Below, piece after piece: positions 20,280-29,730 of a stretch of 64,000 nucleotides of DNA. Location of the stretch: NCBI GenBank assembly GCA_037442745.1, contig JBBIPP010000004.1, positions 1 through 64,000 of the forward strand, in the 5' to 3' direction. The first letter of the stretch is position 1; every line of letters begins with the position of its first letter. Source of the DNA: an archaeon (GTDB lineage Archaea; SpSt-1190; DYHY01). The notes below the pieces were generated by a model. That model did not search any database and was not told where the DNA came from. It worked only from the letters and a program-made list of their open reading frames with translations. The translations under genes and the position numbers were made by a program.

Positions 20280-20492
20280 CTACTTGCTTTCGTTCTTCGC
20301 CTTGTCGGCAAAAACTGTATAATGGCATCTTCCGCAGTATTCCCTGTCCTTGTGTTTTGCCATGAATGTCGCAGGACCGCACCTAGGACAGCTCTTGAGA
20401 GTCCGCTCGGCAGAGTCTCCAAAGACTTTATAGAACTTGTATTTTGGAACATATTTGTGGGGCTTTTTCGCCTTTTTTCCGTCTCCAGCCAT
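20280..20492 (-). CDS. rps27ae: 30S ribosomal protein S27ae
   Basis: CPRCG..FMA.H.DR.YCGRC zinc ribbon. Confidence 0.95.
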   Translation of the reverse strand: MAGDGKKAKKPHKYVPKYKFYKVFGDSAERTLKSCPRCGPATFMAKHKDREYCGRCHYTVFADKAKNESK

Positions 20493-20642
20493 TGTGCCAA
20501 AACACCTTTTTGACCGTTTATAAAGGTTTTTTCCACCTATTGGGGCGAAAACAAGCCCGCCTTCGAAGGACGAAAAGTGCTGGACTGAAATGCAAGCTTA
20601 AGGACGGAAAGCCAATAAAAGGAGAGGTCCGGAATTTCAAGA

Positions 20643-21207
20643 CTGCCAGAAAAGAAAGTAATCGATTTTGCGACTTCGAACCCGGGCAAAATACTCTCCC
20701 TAAACAATTTCGCAAAAGAGCTCGCCCTTCCCCTGGAAATAATGGTCCTAAGCCAGCCACCCCGAAGTCAAAAGGGACAACACTCTTCGGACAATTGCCC
20801 TTGACAAGGCAGTCTGGCTATCAGAGAAATTCAACAAGCCTGTTTTCTCAACTGATGTCGGGATTTTCATCCGCGCCTTGAATGGCTTTCCCGGGGTGAA
20901 TACGGCTTTCTCAATTGACCGGATTGGAGTTGCGGGAATTTCTAGGCTAATTGAAGGAAATAGTGACCGGAAAGTTTCTTGGGAATGCGCCCTTGCCTAC
21001 AAGGAGCCGGGAAAAAAGCCCCTTTCATTTTCAGCTAGCCTCAGAGGAGAAATTCCTGAAAAGCCCCGCGGAAAAAAGGGGTTCGGATGGGACCCGATTT
21101 TTGTCCCGAGAGGATTTAATGAGACTTTTGGCGAGCGTCCGGACTTGCGCGACTCGCTCTCTCCGCTCAGAGCCTGCCTGAAAAAACTTGCAAGGGAGAT
21201 TTGCTGA
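20643..21207 (+). pseudogene. rdgB: Non-canonical purine NTP pyrophosphatase (Ham1/RdgB/ITPase), frameshifted
   Basis: FATSNPGK in one frame; PE.., DVG..I.ALNGFPG and GFGWDPIF in the next; +1 shift at the C-run near 20760; CTG in the start position; SHR motif degraded to SPL. Confidence 0.8.
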
Positions 21208-21210
21208 GAA

Positions 21211-21795
21211 ATGGCATATGACGACACTGAAGTAGAAATACAGCTCGTGGTAGGGAGGAAAGTTTTCCTATCAGTAAAGAGACTCCTAGAAAAAGAGGGA
21301 AAATTCCTCTCAGAAACTCGGCAGGCGGACACGTACTACAACCACGCTTCCCGGGACTTTCTCTCACCGAAATACCCTTTCGAATGGCTCTCGATAAGGA
21401 GGCGGGAAGGGAATGCAATTGTCAACTACAAGCATTGGTATCAGGAGAATTCCACGAGAAACACCCATTGCGCAGAGTTCGAGACAAAGATAGAGGACCC
21501 GGCGAAGCTTGAGAAAATATTGGCTTCCCTGGGAATGGAGAAGCTGGTCACAGTCAAAAATACCCGGAGGAATTACTCTTTCCGAGAATTCACAGTCTCC
21601 CTTGATTCGGTCTTGGGCCTCTGGACCTTCATTGAAATCGAGGCCGAGAAAAGTTTCAGCTCTCCAGAGAAGACGCTCAGGAAGGTGTTGGAGATTGCGA
21701 GAGAAATTGGGATAGCCGAATATTCGGAGAGCCTTCGCGGATATCCCTATCTTCTGATGGAAAGCAAGGGGCTGTTCCCAAAAAAGAGGAAATGA
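21211..21795 (+). CDS. CYTH-domain protein (class IV adenylate cyclase CyaB-like)
   Basis: EVEIQ, Q.DTYY, LSIRR, EFET, LDSV.GL.TFIEIE, GY. Confidence 0.88.
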   Translation: MAYDDTEVEIQLVVGRKVFLSVKRLLEKEGKFLSETRQADTYYNHASRDFLSPKYPFEWLSIRRREGNAIVNYKHWYQENSTRNTHCAEFETKIEDPAKLEKILASLGMEKLVTVKNTRRNYSFREFTVSLDSVLGLWTFIEIEAEKSFSSPEKTLRKVLEIAREIGIAEYSESLRGYPYLLMESKGLFPKKRK

Positions 21796-21798
21796 TCA

Positions 21799-22188
21799 AT
21801 GGAGCACGTTGCAATAATGAAGAAATCCCTCGGGCTCCTCCCGAAAATCCTCTCCGGGGAAAAGACAATTGAATCGAGATGGTACTCTAAGAGAAGGGCT
21901 CCTTTCGGGAAAATCTCTCCAGGGGAAAAAATCTATTTCAAAAACTCGGGGGAGCCGGTCTCGGCCGTGGCGGAGGTCGAGCGAGTCCTCGAGTTCGAGG
22001 GACTGGATTCGGAAAAGCGCCTAGCCCTCGCCAAGAAATATTTCAGGGAAATAGATTCCTCTTCAGAGCAAGCCCTCTTCGAATTTACGGAGGGAAAAAC
22101 AATCGCAATATTGATTTTCCTAAAAAACGCCCTTCCTTGCAAGCCCTTTGAAGTCGACAAGCAGGGTTTCGGGAACATGTGCGCCTAG
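21799..22188 (+). CDS. ASCH-domain protein (possibly C-terminally truncated by TAG)
   Basis: H.AIM...L..ILSGEKTIESR ASCH signature. Confidence 0.85.
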   Translation: MEHVAIMKKSLGLLPKILSGEKTIESRWYSKRRAPFGKISPGEKIYFKNSGEPVSAVAEVERVLEFEGLDSEKRLALAKKYFREIDSSSEQALFEFTEGKTIAILIFLKNALPCKPFEVDKQGFGNMCA

Positions 22189-22251
22189 ATAACCGCCGAA
22201 AAACTCCCCCGGAAAAGGATTTAACCATAAAAGATCTTCGGCCCTTTCGGA

Positions 22252-22572
22252 ATGGAAATATCCGAAATCCAAAAATTCGCGAAATTGCAGAACACCCATT
22301 TCAGGGAAAAATGGCCAGAGCTCTCCGACAACCGGAAGCTAGCCCTTGCCCAAGGGGTGAAGCTCTCTGAGGAAGTGGGTGAGCTCTCCGAGCAGATTCT
22401 GAAGGAGCAGGGTTTCCAGAGAAAGGAGAAGACGGCCGGGTCCGTCGGGGAGGAAGTTGCGGATGTCATTTTCGCGGCAGCGCTCATTGCCGAGGATTTC
22501 GGCGTTGATCTTGAGAATGCCCTTCGGGAAAAGCTAAAGAAGCTCTATTCCCGGATTGAATCTGACAAATAA
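22252..22572 (+). CDS. MazG-like nucleotide pyrophosphohydrolase
   Basis: KLSEEVGELSE...EEVADV. Confidence 0.88.
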   Translation: MEISEIQKFAKLQNTHFREKWPELSDNRKLALAQGVKLSEEVGELSEQILKEQGFQRKEKTAGSVGEEVADVIFAAALIAEDFGVDLENALREKLKKLYSRIESDK

Positions 22573-22573
22573 T

Positions 22574-22964
22574 TCACCTGACGCGCCTTTCCATGTTTTC
22601 GGCAAGCTCTCTCCCTATCGGGGCTGGAACCTTCGCCCTTTTCTGGGAATCCCTCAACAGTATTAAAGGCTTGATATCTAGAATTGGTTTTCCCTGAAGG
22701 GCGTCAAGGCCGGATACCCTCAGAGTGTTGCCATCAATTTCCAAAAGTTTCGCTGTCGAGATCCCCAATTTGGTCGGAAGGGGCCTGTTGAAGGATAAGA
22801 CGACTATTATGTGGGAGAATCCGGAAAGCCCCCAGAGACCTGCCCAGTATTTTTTCCCGACAATTATTTCGACCGAGCAAGTCTCCACTTGATTGAAGCT
22901 TTCCGTGCTTTTGGAGACTTTCCCTATAACCCCAATCTTCCCAAGAACAATCCCTACCTGCCAT
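22574..22964 (-). pseudogene. trmO: tRNA t6A37 methyltransferase TrmO/TsaA, degraded
   Basis: GL.GFSHIIV and L.V.GLDA..G.PILDIKP present; central GVFATRSP segment missing; ATG at 22964 is out of frame by +1. Confidence 0.72.
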
Positions 22965-24189
22965 CTTCAATCTCCGCCGAAAGCCTTGCCTTGAAATCGG
23001 CGAGAATCGCGATGAAGCTCGCATATGCTTCGTATGGGTTCTTGATGTGAGCAAAATACGAATGGACGTCTCCGTCCCCGAGCCATTTCGTGCACATGTA
23101 GTAATAATGGTCGCTCGTCTGGAGAAGCTTCCAAACGCGCCTGTGCTCTGGCTTGCTGGTCTTTTTGACAAGCTCGCCAATTCCTTTGATCTCCTCGAAC
23201 GCAATCTGTTGCATCCTGTTGCCTAGCCAGGCTGAAGTGTCCCTCTCAAGATCCGCCCAAGAGATTGTCGAGTATTCAAAGACGTCTATTTCCCCAACTG
23301 GTTTGAACTTTTCGACAAGCTCAGTCGGTTTGGAAAACGATAGCTGGGGATAGTCAAGGATTTTTTCCGGAAGCTTTTCAACGAAGGAGAATATCCCGGT
23401 GTCCTTCCACTGGTGCTCTCCGAATGTCTCGAAATCAATGCAGATGTTCGCAAAATCCCCGGTTGTCTCAGAGAGCCAGGCAGAATATTTCTCGGCTGTC
23501 AGGGGCCACTCGTTCCACCACCTAGCGGAGAACCTGTATCCAATGTCGTCTGAGAGGCGGTAGTTCCTCAGAAGCGCCATTATTCCGGGGGAGCCTTTGA
23601 CCGAATAGAGGTGGTTCGGGCTCTTCCAGCCGTGGAGAATCCAGTCAATCCCTTCAGTGTAAATACCCTTGTATCCGAGGCCTGCGACAGTCTTTGCAAT
23701 TGCGTTGTTGAAAATGAATTCCGTGTTCCTGAAAATTTTCGGGCTCTGCCCGAACAATTCCCCAATCCTGTCCCTATGCTCAATTATCTGGTCGACGAAT
23801 TCTTCCCTATTGTCCCCAAAGAGGCTTGAGAGCGAGTGGTAATATGTTTCGTCAATGAATTCGACCGCGCCGGTGTCCGAGAGATGCCGAAAGTTTTCCA
23901 AGACTTCAGGGGCATATTCCTCTGCCTGCTCAATGAAAGTTCCTGTGAGGGAGAAAGCCATCTTGAACCTTCCCTTGAGCCGGTCGGCCTCCTTCAGGAG
24001 AATGAATGTTGCCGGGAGATAGCACTTTTCAGCAACCTTCCTGAAAATCTTCCTGTTCGTTTCCGAGTCAAAGTAGACCGATTCCAGTCTGTCTGGAGCT
24101 ATCCTACCTGAAGGCAGGAGCTTTCCCGGGGAGAGGAAAACAGTTCTTCTTGGCTGGTGGACTTCGAACTCTAGGGAAATTGAGACCAT
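22954..24189 (-). CDS. GH57 alpha-amylase
   Basis: FEVHQP, CYLPA, ETYYHSL, FRNTE, LSDDIGYRFS, DFETFGEHQW, LQTSDH.YYM. Confidence 0.94.
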   Translation of the reverse strand: MVSISLEFEVHQPRRTVFLSPGKLLPSGRIAPDRLESVYFDSETNRKIFRKVAEKCYLPATFILLKEADRLKGRFKMAFSLTGTFIEQAEEYAPEVLENFRHLSDTGAVEFIDETYYHSLSSLFGDNREEFVDQIIEHRDRIGELFGQSPKIFRNTEFIFNNAIAKTVAGLGYKGIYTEGIDWILHGWKSPNHLYSVKGSPGIMALLRNYRLSDDIGYRFSARWWNEWPLTAEKYSAWLSETTGDFANICIDFETFGEHQWKDTGIFSFVEKLPEKILDYPQLSFSKPTELVEKFKPVGEIDVFEYSTISWADLERDTSAWLGNRMQQIAFEEIKGIGELVKKTSKPEHRRVWKLLQTSDHYYYMCTKWLGDGDVHSYFAHIKNPYEAYASFIAILADFKARLSAEIEDGR

Positions 24190-24214
24190 TGGGAAAGACA
24201 GGCCGGTTTCAGCT

Positions 24215-26098
24215 TTAAATCTCTATTCTTCTTTCCGGTAGTTTCCTGCCGTCAATGAGAACGCCTCCGTCAGAACTTATTTTCAGATGGCAGGACCTTC
24301 CCGCTATTTTTCCAACCCGCTCTATTTCGCCGAATTCCCCGTTCCTCGGAGAGAAAGATATTTCCCCTTTCCTAGGGTCTGGCGTTATTCCGAACACGCA
24401 GTCGTCAAATATTCTCGGGACAATTGAAGAGCTCCACGATTGGGTTACGGCCCCTTGCGGATTCCCCTCCCCGTCGTAGAGCTCATCTAGGGAGGCAAAG
24501 CACCTTTTTCCGAGATTTCCAGAAAGGATTTTCAAATATTCCTTGCCTTTCCGGTCCCGGCCAAGCCTGAACTCTGAGAGGGACATTAGGGCTGTTGTCA
24601 GGTTCCAGACAGCTCCAGTGTGATAGCCGGAACCGTTGAAATTGCTGTTTCTTCTTGAGGCCGTCCTTACTCCCCAAGAAGTTGAAAATTCCCCCGACTC
24701 TAGGATGTCTAGCGCGTCCAGGCACGCCTCCTTTCCCTTTTCCGGGATTTCTGAAAAAGCGAGGCCGAACAGTACGTTTGACGAAAGGATATTCTCGCTG
24801 AATCCCCCCAAAGTGTCGAGGAAAAGACCATTTTCAGGACTCTTGAAACTTTCAAAAGCCCTCTCAATGAGAGCCCTTCCTTTAGATTCGAAAGACTTGT
24901 CCCCGAGAAGAATTCCTCCCTGCCTCAAAGCTTCCCCCCACAGGAACTGGATTTCAATTGCTCTTCCGCTCCTCTCAATCGAATCCATCCAAGTTGTCCA
25001 ATGGAGAAGCGGTTCAAAGCAAGATCCCCGGTCAGTTTCCGAGAATCCGTCTGAATCTACATCGGTTTTTCCAAAGAACTCACACGCCTTTGAAATTCGC
25101 CCGAGGTCAATTTCGCTTCCCCCAGACCATTTCCAAAAATCAATTGCGGAAAGAACGAAGAGCGGAGTTGTGTCAGCGCCGGAATAGTCGGTTTTCCCCG
25201 CAAAGTTCGGGATGCACCCGTCCTTCCTTTGGGATTCGCCGATTTTTTTCAGGAAATTGTCGGCGAGGGAATATTCCCCCGCCCTTGAGAGCGCAGGAAT
25301 TGAGATGCAGGCATCCCTTGTCCAAAACTCCGTGAAATATGGAAAGCCAGCAAAATAACCGCGTTCAGAGGAAAATCCCCTCGCCGCAGAAATTGCGGAA
25401 TTTCCGAGTTCTCCGATATTTCCCATTCCGAAATAATGTATTTTTGGGGAGTTTCCAGTTCTCGGAATTAGAGATTGCCCGAGAGCTATTGAGAACCCGC
25501 ACTCATTTTCTGGGAAAGACCCTTTCAGCCTTATCACAAGGCAGTTCTGGGGGCTCTCGTTGAAATATTTCCATCCAACTTGTTCAGAGACCTCCCCCGG
25601 ATAATGGATTTTCTCAAAGCTCTCTGAAATTGAAAACCCGGACAATCCCGATATTTCAATCCTCCTTTCTTTTGACCGGGATTCTGCCATGAGAACCCCT
25701 CCATTGAGGGAAACTAATTTTCCAGGACAAGCAGTCATGTTATCAGACGCCCTTCTCATGTTGATTCCGAGTTCTATTTCCCAATGAGCTTTCTGTTTCT
25801 TTGATTTTGCTAGAGCCCCGAAAAAAAGCCCGCCTTCTTTCCTTTCAATATGGGAATATTCCGAAAAATCCCCGCCTAAATAGGATATTTTCGCTTTGCA
25901 ATCGGAAAGACTGCCTGAAAATCCCGAGAAATTCCCCGGCGATAGCCAAGTTTCCCCGCATTTGAACGCCCAGTAATCGAGTATTTTGTCAGAGCAGTCC
26001 CACAAGCCCATCCATTTTGAGCCGAATCCGCCGTTGTTGAACCTGAAATAGAACTTCCCCTCGCAGGGAATCAAGTGGCAGATTGACTTGTCTAGCAT
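24215..26098 (-). CDS. Amylo-alpha-1,6-glucosidase (glycogen debranching enzyme)
   Basis: AGFPYF..FWTRD, G.IPN, ADTTPLF, TWMDS, GRAIEIQ, YHTGAVW, QSWS. Confidence 0.88.
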   Translation of the reverse strand: MLDKSICHLIPCEGKFYFRFNNGGFGSKWMGLWDCSDKILDYWAFKCGETWLSPGNFSGFSGSLSDCKAKISYLGGDFSEYSHIERKEGGLFFGALAKSKKQKAHWEIELGINMRRASDNMTACPGKLVSLNGGVLMAESRSKERRIEISGLSGFSISESFEKIHYPGEVSEQVGWKYFNESPQNCLVIRLKGSFPENECGFSIALGQSLIPRTGNSPKIHYFGMGNIGELGNSAISAARGFSSERGYFAGFPYFTEFWTRDACISIPALSRAGEYSLADNFLKKIGESQRKDGCIPNFAGKTDYSGADTTPLFVLSAIDFWKWSGGSEIDLGRISKACEFFGKTDVDSDGFSETDRGSCFEPLLHWTTWMDSIERSGRAIEIQFLWGEALRQGGILLGDKSFESKGRALIERAFESFKSPENGLFLDTLGGFSENILSSNVLFGLAFSEIPEKGKEACLDALDILESGEFSTSWGVRTASRRNSNFNGSGYHTGAVWNLTTALMSLSEFRLGRDRKGKEYLKILSGNLGKRCFASLDELYDGEGNPQGAVTQSWSSSIVPRIFDDCVFGITPDPRKGEISFSPRNGEFGEIERVGKIAGRSCHLKISSDGGVLIDGRKLPERRIEI

Positions 26099-27927
26099 TT
26101 TCCGAATTCCTTTTCAGCCCTCTTGCACGCAATTTCGTACGCGGAGACATAATTCCCTATCTGTATTTCCCAGTCAAGCGCCTTTATCATCTCAAGCGCG
26201 TTCTTTTTGACCTCTTCCAGCTCTTCCTCCGAAAGATTGGCGAGAGTCTCCAAAATCGAAGCTATTTCCGAAGAAATCTGCTCGTCAGTCTTCCCAAGAG
26301 TCTCCACAACGCTCACTCCGGGAACCTTTCCGGGCAACGGCTTTCCGAACCTGGTCGCAATGAACTTTCCGAATCCAGAATAGTCGGTTGTTATTGAAGC
26401 GTTCCCGGAGACTGCGGCCTCAACAGGAGTGTAGCCGAATGGCTCGTACCTTGATGGGAAGACTCCAATGTCGCAACCGGCCATCACCTCGTCATATTCT
26501 AGGTTGAGGAGCCCGTCCCCCGGCTTTAGATACGTCGGGTAGAATATTATCTTGACTCTTGTCCCCTTTCCGTTCGAGAGGCCCTCGGATGAGATTCTCG
26601 AGAGTATTGCGTCTCCGGAATAGTTCAGGTCAAAGGCAGAGTTTTTCGCGTTCCCAAAAGCGACAATGTTTTTCCGTAGCGCGGCTATTTCCCTGAACGC
26701 CTTGTCGCTCTCAGCCAGTTTCAGGATTTCGTTCAAGGGGAGTTTTTTCCCGGACACCTCCTCCGCATTCTCCCTCATTCTGTCGACAATTCCGAGATTC
26801 AGGAGAATCTCCTTATTCGGGCCGGAAATGTTTGACGGGACGAAGATGAGGAAATAGAGCTCCTTTGGAAGCCTCCTTTTCAGGAGCTTTCCTGCGGCTG
26901 AGATGAAATAGTCGATTCCCTTGTTCTCGAACTCGTATCTGGCAGTGAGATATATGAAAAGGGCGTTGTCCGTTCTTGGAACCTCCTCTTCCTGGAGAAA
27001 CATTGCATGAACAAGGTTCTCTATTTCCTCGCGCTTGGGCGCCCGCTTCTCCCGGGAAATCGCGCCTTTTGAGAGGGAAATCCCGTTCAGGGTTATCACG
27101 TCAGGCTTCTTTCCGAGAATGTATTCAACTTCTCTTCCGACAGTTTCGCTAACTGTTGTGAAGACGTGGGCGTTTTTCGCGCACGCAACCTCTAAAAAGT
27201 GCTTGCCTTCTAACTTGAACCTGTAAGCTTCGTCAGGTTGCGCTGTTTTTCCAGTCGCAAGCCCTTCTTCCACAACTCTCGATAGGTTCTCGCCGAAGGT
27301 CGTTTTGCTCCGCCCCAGAACTGTCGCATGCGTTGTGAAGACGGTTCCTGTGGGGACTTTTCTCGAACGGAGATAAAGAAGGCCAGCCCCTGATATCCAT
27401 TCGTGGAAATGGCAAGAAACTCTCTTTCCGCGGAAACGGGTCCCCTCAGATGTCAGAAGAGCCTCAATTGTCACTCCGACTGCAGTCGACCAAATGACGT
27501 TTTCGTTGAAATCCCCAGACATGAAAATGGAGTCAACGCCCCAATCCTTCCAGAGAGTGTGCTTGATTGCGTTTATTTTGAAGTCCTTTTCCTTGCCATA
27601 AGGGACGCTCTCTTGCCTTTTTCCGAATTCCCAAGGATCAACAAGAATTAGCTTTGCTCCGTTCCCGTTCGTCCATTTTCCGAGCCTGCATTTTATTGAA
27701 TGCTCTTTCTCAAGAGAACTGAACACCTTTGCGAAATCCTCAGGAACAGGGAGCTCCTCTTGGAATTCCTCCTTTGCGGAAACAAGGTCATAGCGCCCGA
27801 AAAGGAAATAGTTTTCAATTCCGAATTTCCCTATTGCGCTAGCTGATTTTGTTTTGAGAACAGTGTATATTCCACCGACTTTCCGGCCAGCTTCAGAAGA
27901 TATTTCAAAAACGAAATCAGGAGCCAT
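26092..27927 (-). CDS. Glycogen synthase (GT3, eukaryote/Bacteroidetes type)
   Basis: FE.S.E...KVGGIYTV, HFHEW, FTTHATVLGR, RYEFENKG.D, GVFPSRYEPFGYTP. Confidence 0.92.
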   Translation of the reverse strand: MAPDFVFEISSEAGRKVGGIYTVLKTKSASAIGKFGIENYFLFGRYDLVSAKEEFQEELPVPEDFAKVFSSLEKEHSIKCRLGKWTNGNGAKLILVDPWEFGKRQESVPYGKEKDFKINAIKHTLWKDWGVDSIFMSGDFNENVIWSTAVGVTIEALLTSEGTRFRGKRVSCHFHEWISGAGLLYLRSRKVPTGTVFTTHATVLGRSKTTFGENLSRVVEEGLATGKTAQPDEAYRFKLEGKHFLEVACAKNAHVFTTVSETVGREVEYILGKKPDVITLNGISLSKGAISREKRAPKREEIENLVHAMFLQEEEVPRTDNALFIYLTARYEFENKGIDYFISAAGKLLKRRLPKELYFLIFVPSNISGPNKEILLNLGIVDRMRENAEEVSGKKLPLNEILKLAESDKAFREIAALRKNIVAFGNAKNSAFDLNYSGDAILSRISSEGLSNGKGTRVKIIFYPTYLKPGDGLLNLEYDEVMAGCDIGVFPSRYEPFGYTPVEAAVSGNASITTDYSGFGKFIATRFGKPLPGKVPGVSVVETLGKTDEQISSEIASILETLANLSEEELEEVKKNALEMIKALDWEIQIGNYVSAYEIACKRAEKEFGKC

Positions 27928-28053
27928 TTTTACACTGGAATGCTTTACAAGTATAAAGTGTTTTTCGCCGGAAGAGGCGTTCCAATCCCTTGTTTTCCAA
28001 AAAGACTATAAACAACCGGTCTGAAAGTTTACTTGGTAGGGTGACAAGAAATA

Positions 28054-28611
28054 ATGGCAGATGTTTTTTGGCTAAATAAAGCAGATTTCCAGCCTGTCGC
28101 AAAAGTGACGACAGCTCTTGAAATGGCATATGCTCTCAGGAAAGCTCCCAAAGAAGTTGTTTTCCATCACCTGACAGCGAAGAAGAACGATTTCGCTAAT
28201 TGGGCTCTTAATTCACTGAAGAACCCTGATTTGGCTGCAAAGCTCTCAGAAATAAGGCACACTGATTTGGGGGCTCTTGAGAAGCTGATAGTTGCGTTTG
28301 AGGGGAAACCCGAGGGCCGAACTGAAGTGAGGTCTGCACCCGAAGGTGCAGGGAAACCCGAGGGCCGACCCGAGGTCAAACAAACCAATCAGGAAAAAGC
28401 GCAGGCACCAGTCCAAGCGCCAATTCCAGCCAAAATGTCCGCGCCCGGCTTGGCCGGAGGCTTTGCCGGAGGCTTCCCTAGCAAGAGCGCAAAAGAGCTA
28501 GATTCTAACAGGCCCCATCCCCAGGCAGAGGAGCTAAAAAGGCAGTCAGCCCTCTCATCATCTTCAACACATTCAATTGGCCCGTTCAACCTTCCAAGAA
28601 AGAAGAAATAG
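28054..28611 (+). CDS. DUF5752-like domain protein with low-complexity C-terminal tail
   Basis: F.HH....NDFANW....L....LA motif; divergent from the glycogen operon. Confidence 0.65.
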   Translation: MADVFWLNKADFQPVAKVTTALEMAYALRKAPKEVVFHHLTAKKNDFANWALNSLKNPDLAAKLSEIRHTDLGALEKLIVAFEGKPEGRTEVRSAPEGAGKPEGRPEVKQTNQEKAQAPVQAPIPAKMSAPGLAGGFAGGFPSKSAKELDSNRPHPQAEELKRQSALSSSSTHSIGPFNLPRKKK

Positions 28612-28652
28612 AACTGCCGTTCCCGTGAATTTTCTAAAAATTTCAATAGCAA

Positions 28653-28919
28653 TTATTTCTTTATTACAACAGAGTTCCCGATTGACTCCCCGGGAAGACC
28701 CTTGTCAAAGCGCACCCGAAGAGCTCCCTTTGCGCCATGAGAGTGTGTTGCAGTCCCGGTAATTGAGGTCTTTCCGTTTGTCCAGGTAACCCTCGCCCCA
28801 ATAAGTTCTTTGGAGTCGTCCTTGCTCTTTGCGCCGACAGGCATTACAACCATCTGGTTCGGCTTTCTCTTCGTTTTGTAGGAGCCCCTGTAATTGACAA
28901 TTACTCCGGATTTTTCCAT
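28653..28919 (-). CDS. rpl35ae: 50S ribosomal protein L35Ae
   Basis: NYRGS, G.....HG.KGALRVRF.KGLPG. Confidence 0.92.
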   Translation of the reverse strand: MEKSGVIVNYRGSYKTKRKPNQMVVMPVGAKSKDDSKELIGARVTWTNGKTSITGTATHSHGAKGALRVRFDKGLPGESIGNSVVIKK

Positions 28920-29016
28920 TGCGTTAGTCGGGATTTTTCGGAGGTTTTTAAGTCTTTTCTAGGGGCTTTTCTCTCGGGTTTCCTAGGAAAAAATCCGAAC
29001 AATTTTTAACCAGGAC

Positions 29017-29631
29017 GTGTTTTTGACTATCAAATGGTCACAAAATCAACGCGGGTTCAATATAATGACTATTCCCGTCCTTGGAGCTTCCGCTATTGGG
29101 ACTAAAAAACTCCGGCGCCAACAGAGCGAGTTCCCGGCTTTGAAAACCGGTCAATTTGTCAATGTATATGACAGGGAAACCCTTGTCTCTTCTTTTGGAA
29201 CATATGGCTTCAATTACTAGCCAACGAAACCCCTTCTTTCTCCGTCAAAGCCTGATGCAGTTCACGTGGAAGAGGCAATTGTCTTAGGAATTTTGAGACA
29301 GCTCAATCCGAAACTAACTGCCAAAATAAAGGTTTTCGCAATTGCAACGGATGCTGATCCGGAGTTCCCTTGCGGGAATTGCAGGGAAATTCTCAAGCAG
29401 TTCGTTTTTCCGGACTCTATAGTTGTCTCTGGAAATGCCCTTACGGGTGAAGCGAAAGCAGTCAAATATTCGGAGCTTGTTTGTGAAGTCTTCCCCCTTG
29501 CCGAGAAAGGAAAGCTAGCAGGAATTCCAATTGAAAAGGCTCTTCAGGAATATTCTAGGCTCTCATCGAGAAAAGAGCCTCGGGAGTTCTTTCCCTTGCA
29601 TATGGAAAAGAGGGACCGACTGCTTTCTTGA
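29017..29631 (+). pseudogene. Cytidine deaminase-like pseudogene
   Basis: HVEE and PCGNCRE Zn motifs; in-frame TAG at 29218-29220 in the G.N(E) position splits the ORF. Confidence 0.7.
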
Positions 29632-29730
29632 TTGAGATTAAAAATTGCAAGCAAGTATGCCGGACGGGACGGGTTTCTGGCAGTCTCGGGAACTGCCGAA
29701 AAGTTCATTCCCTATCCCTTTTCCCTCTGA

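Noticed and set aside
28303-28472. Short direct repeats in the DUF5752-like gene (GKPEGR x2, AGGF x2)
   Set aside because: Ordinary slippage in a low-complexity linker
6770-29631. Stop-codon reassignment or Sec/Pyl readthrough to explain in-frame TAG/TGA in ttuA, ASCH and cytidine deaminase
   Set aside because: The stops fall at positions expected to hold different residues; TAG and TGA terminate intact genes (thrS, kae1, rps27ae, glyA); other broken genes have frameshifts and degraded active sites, so decay is simpler
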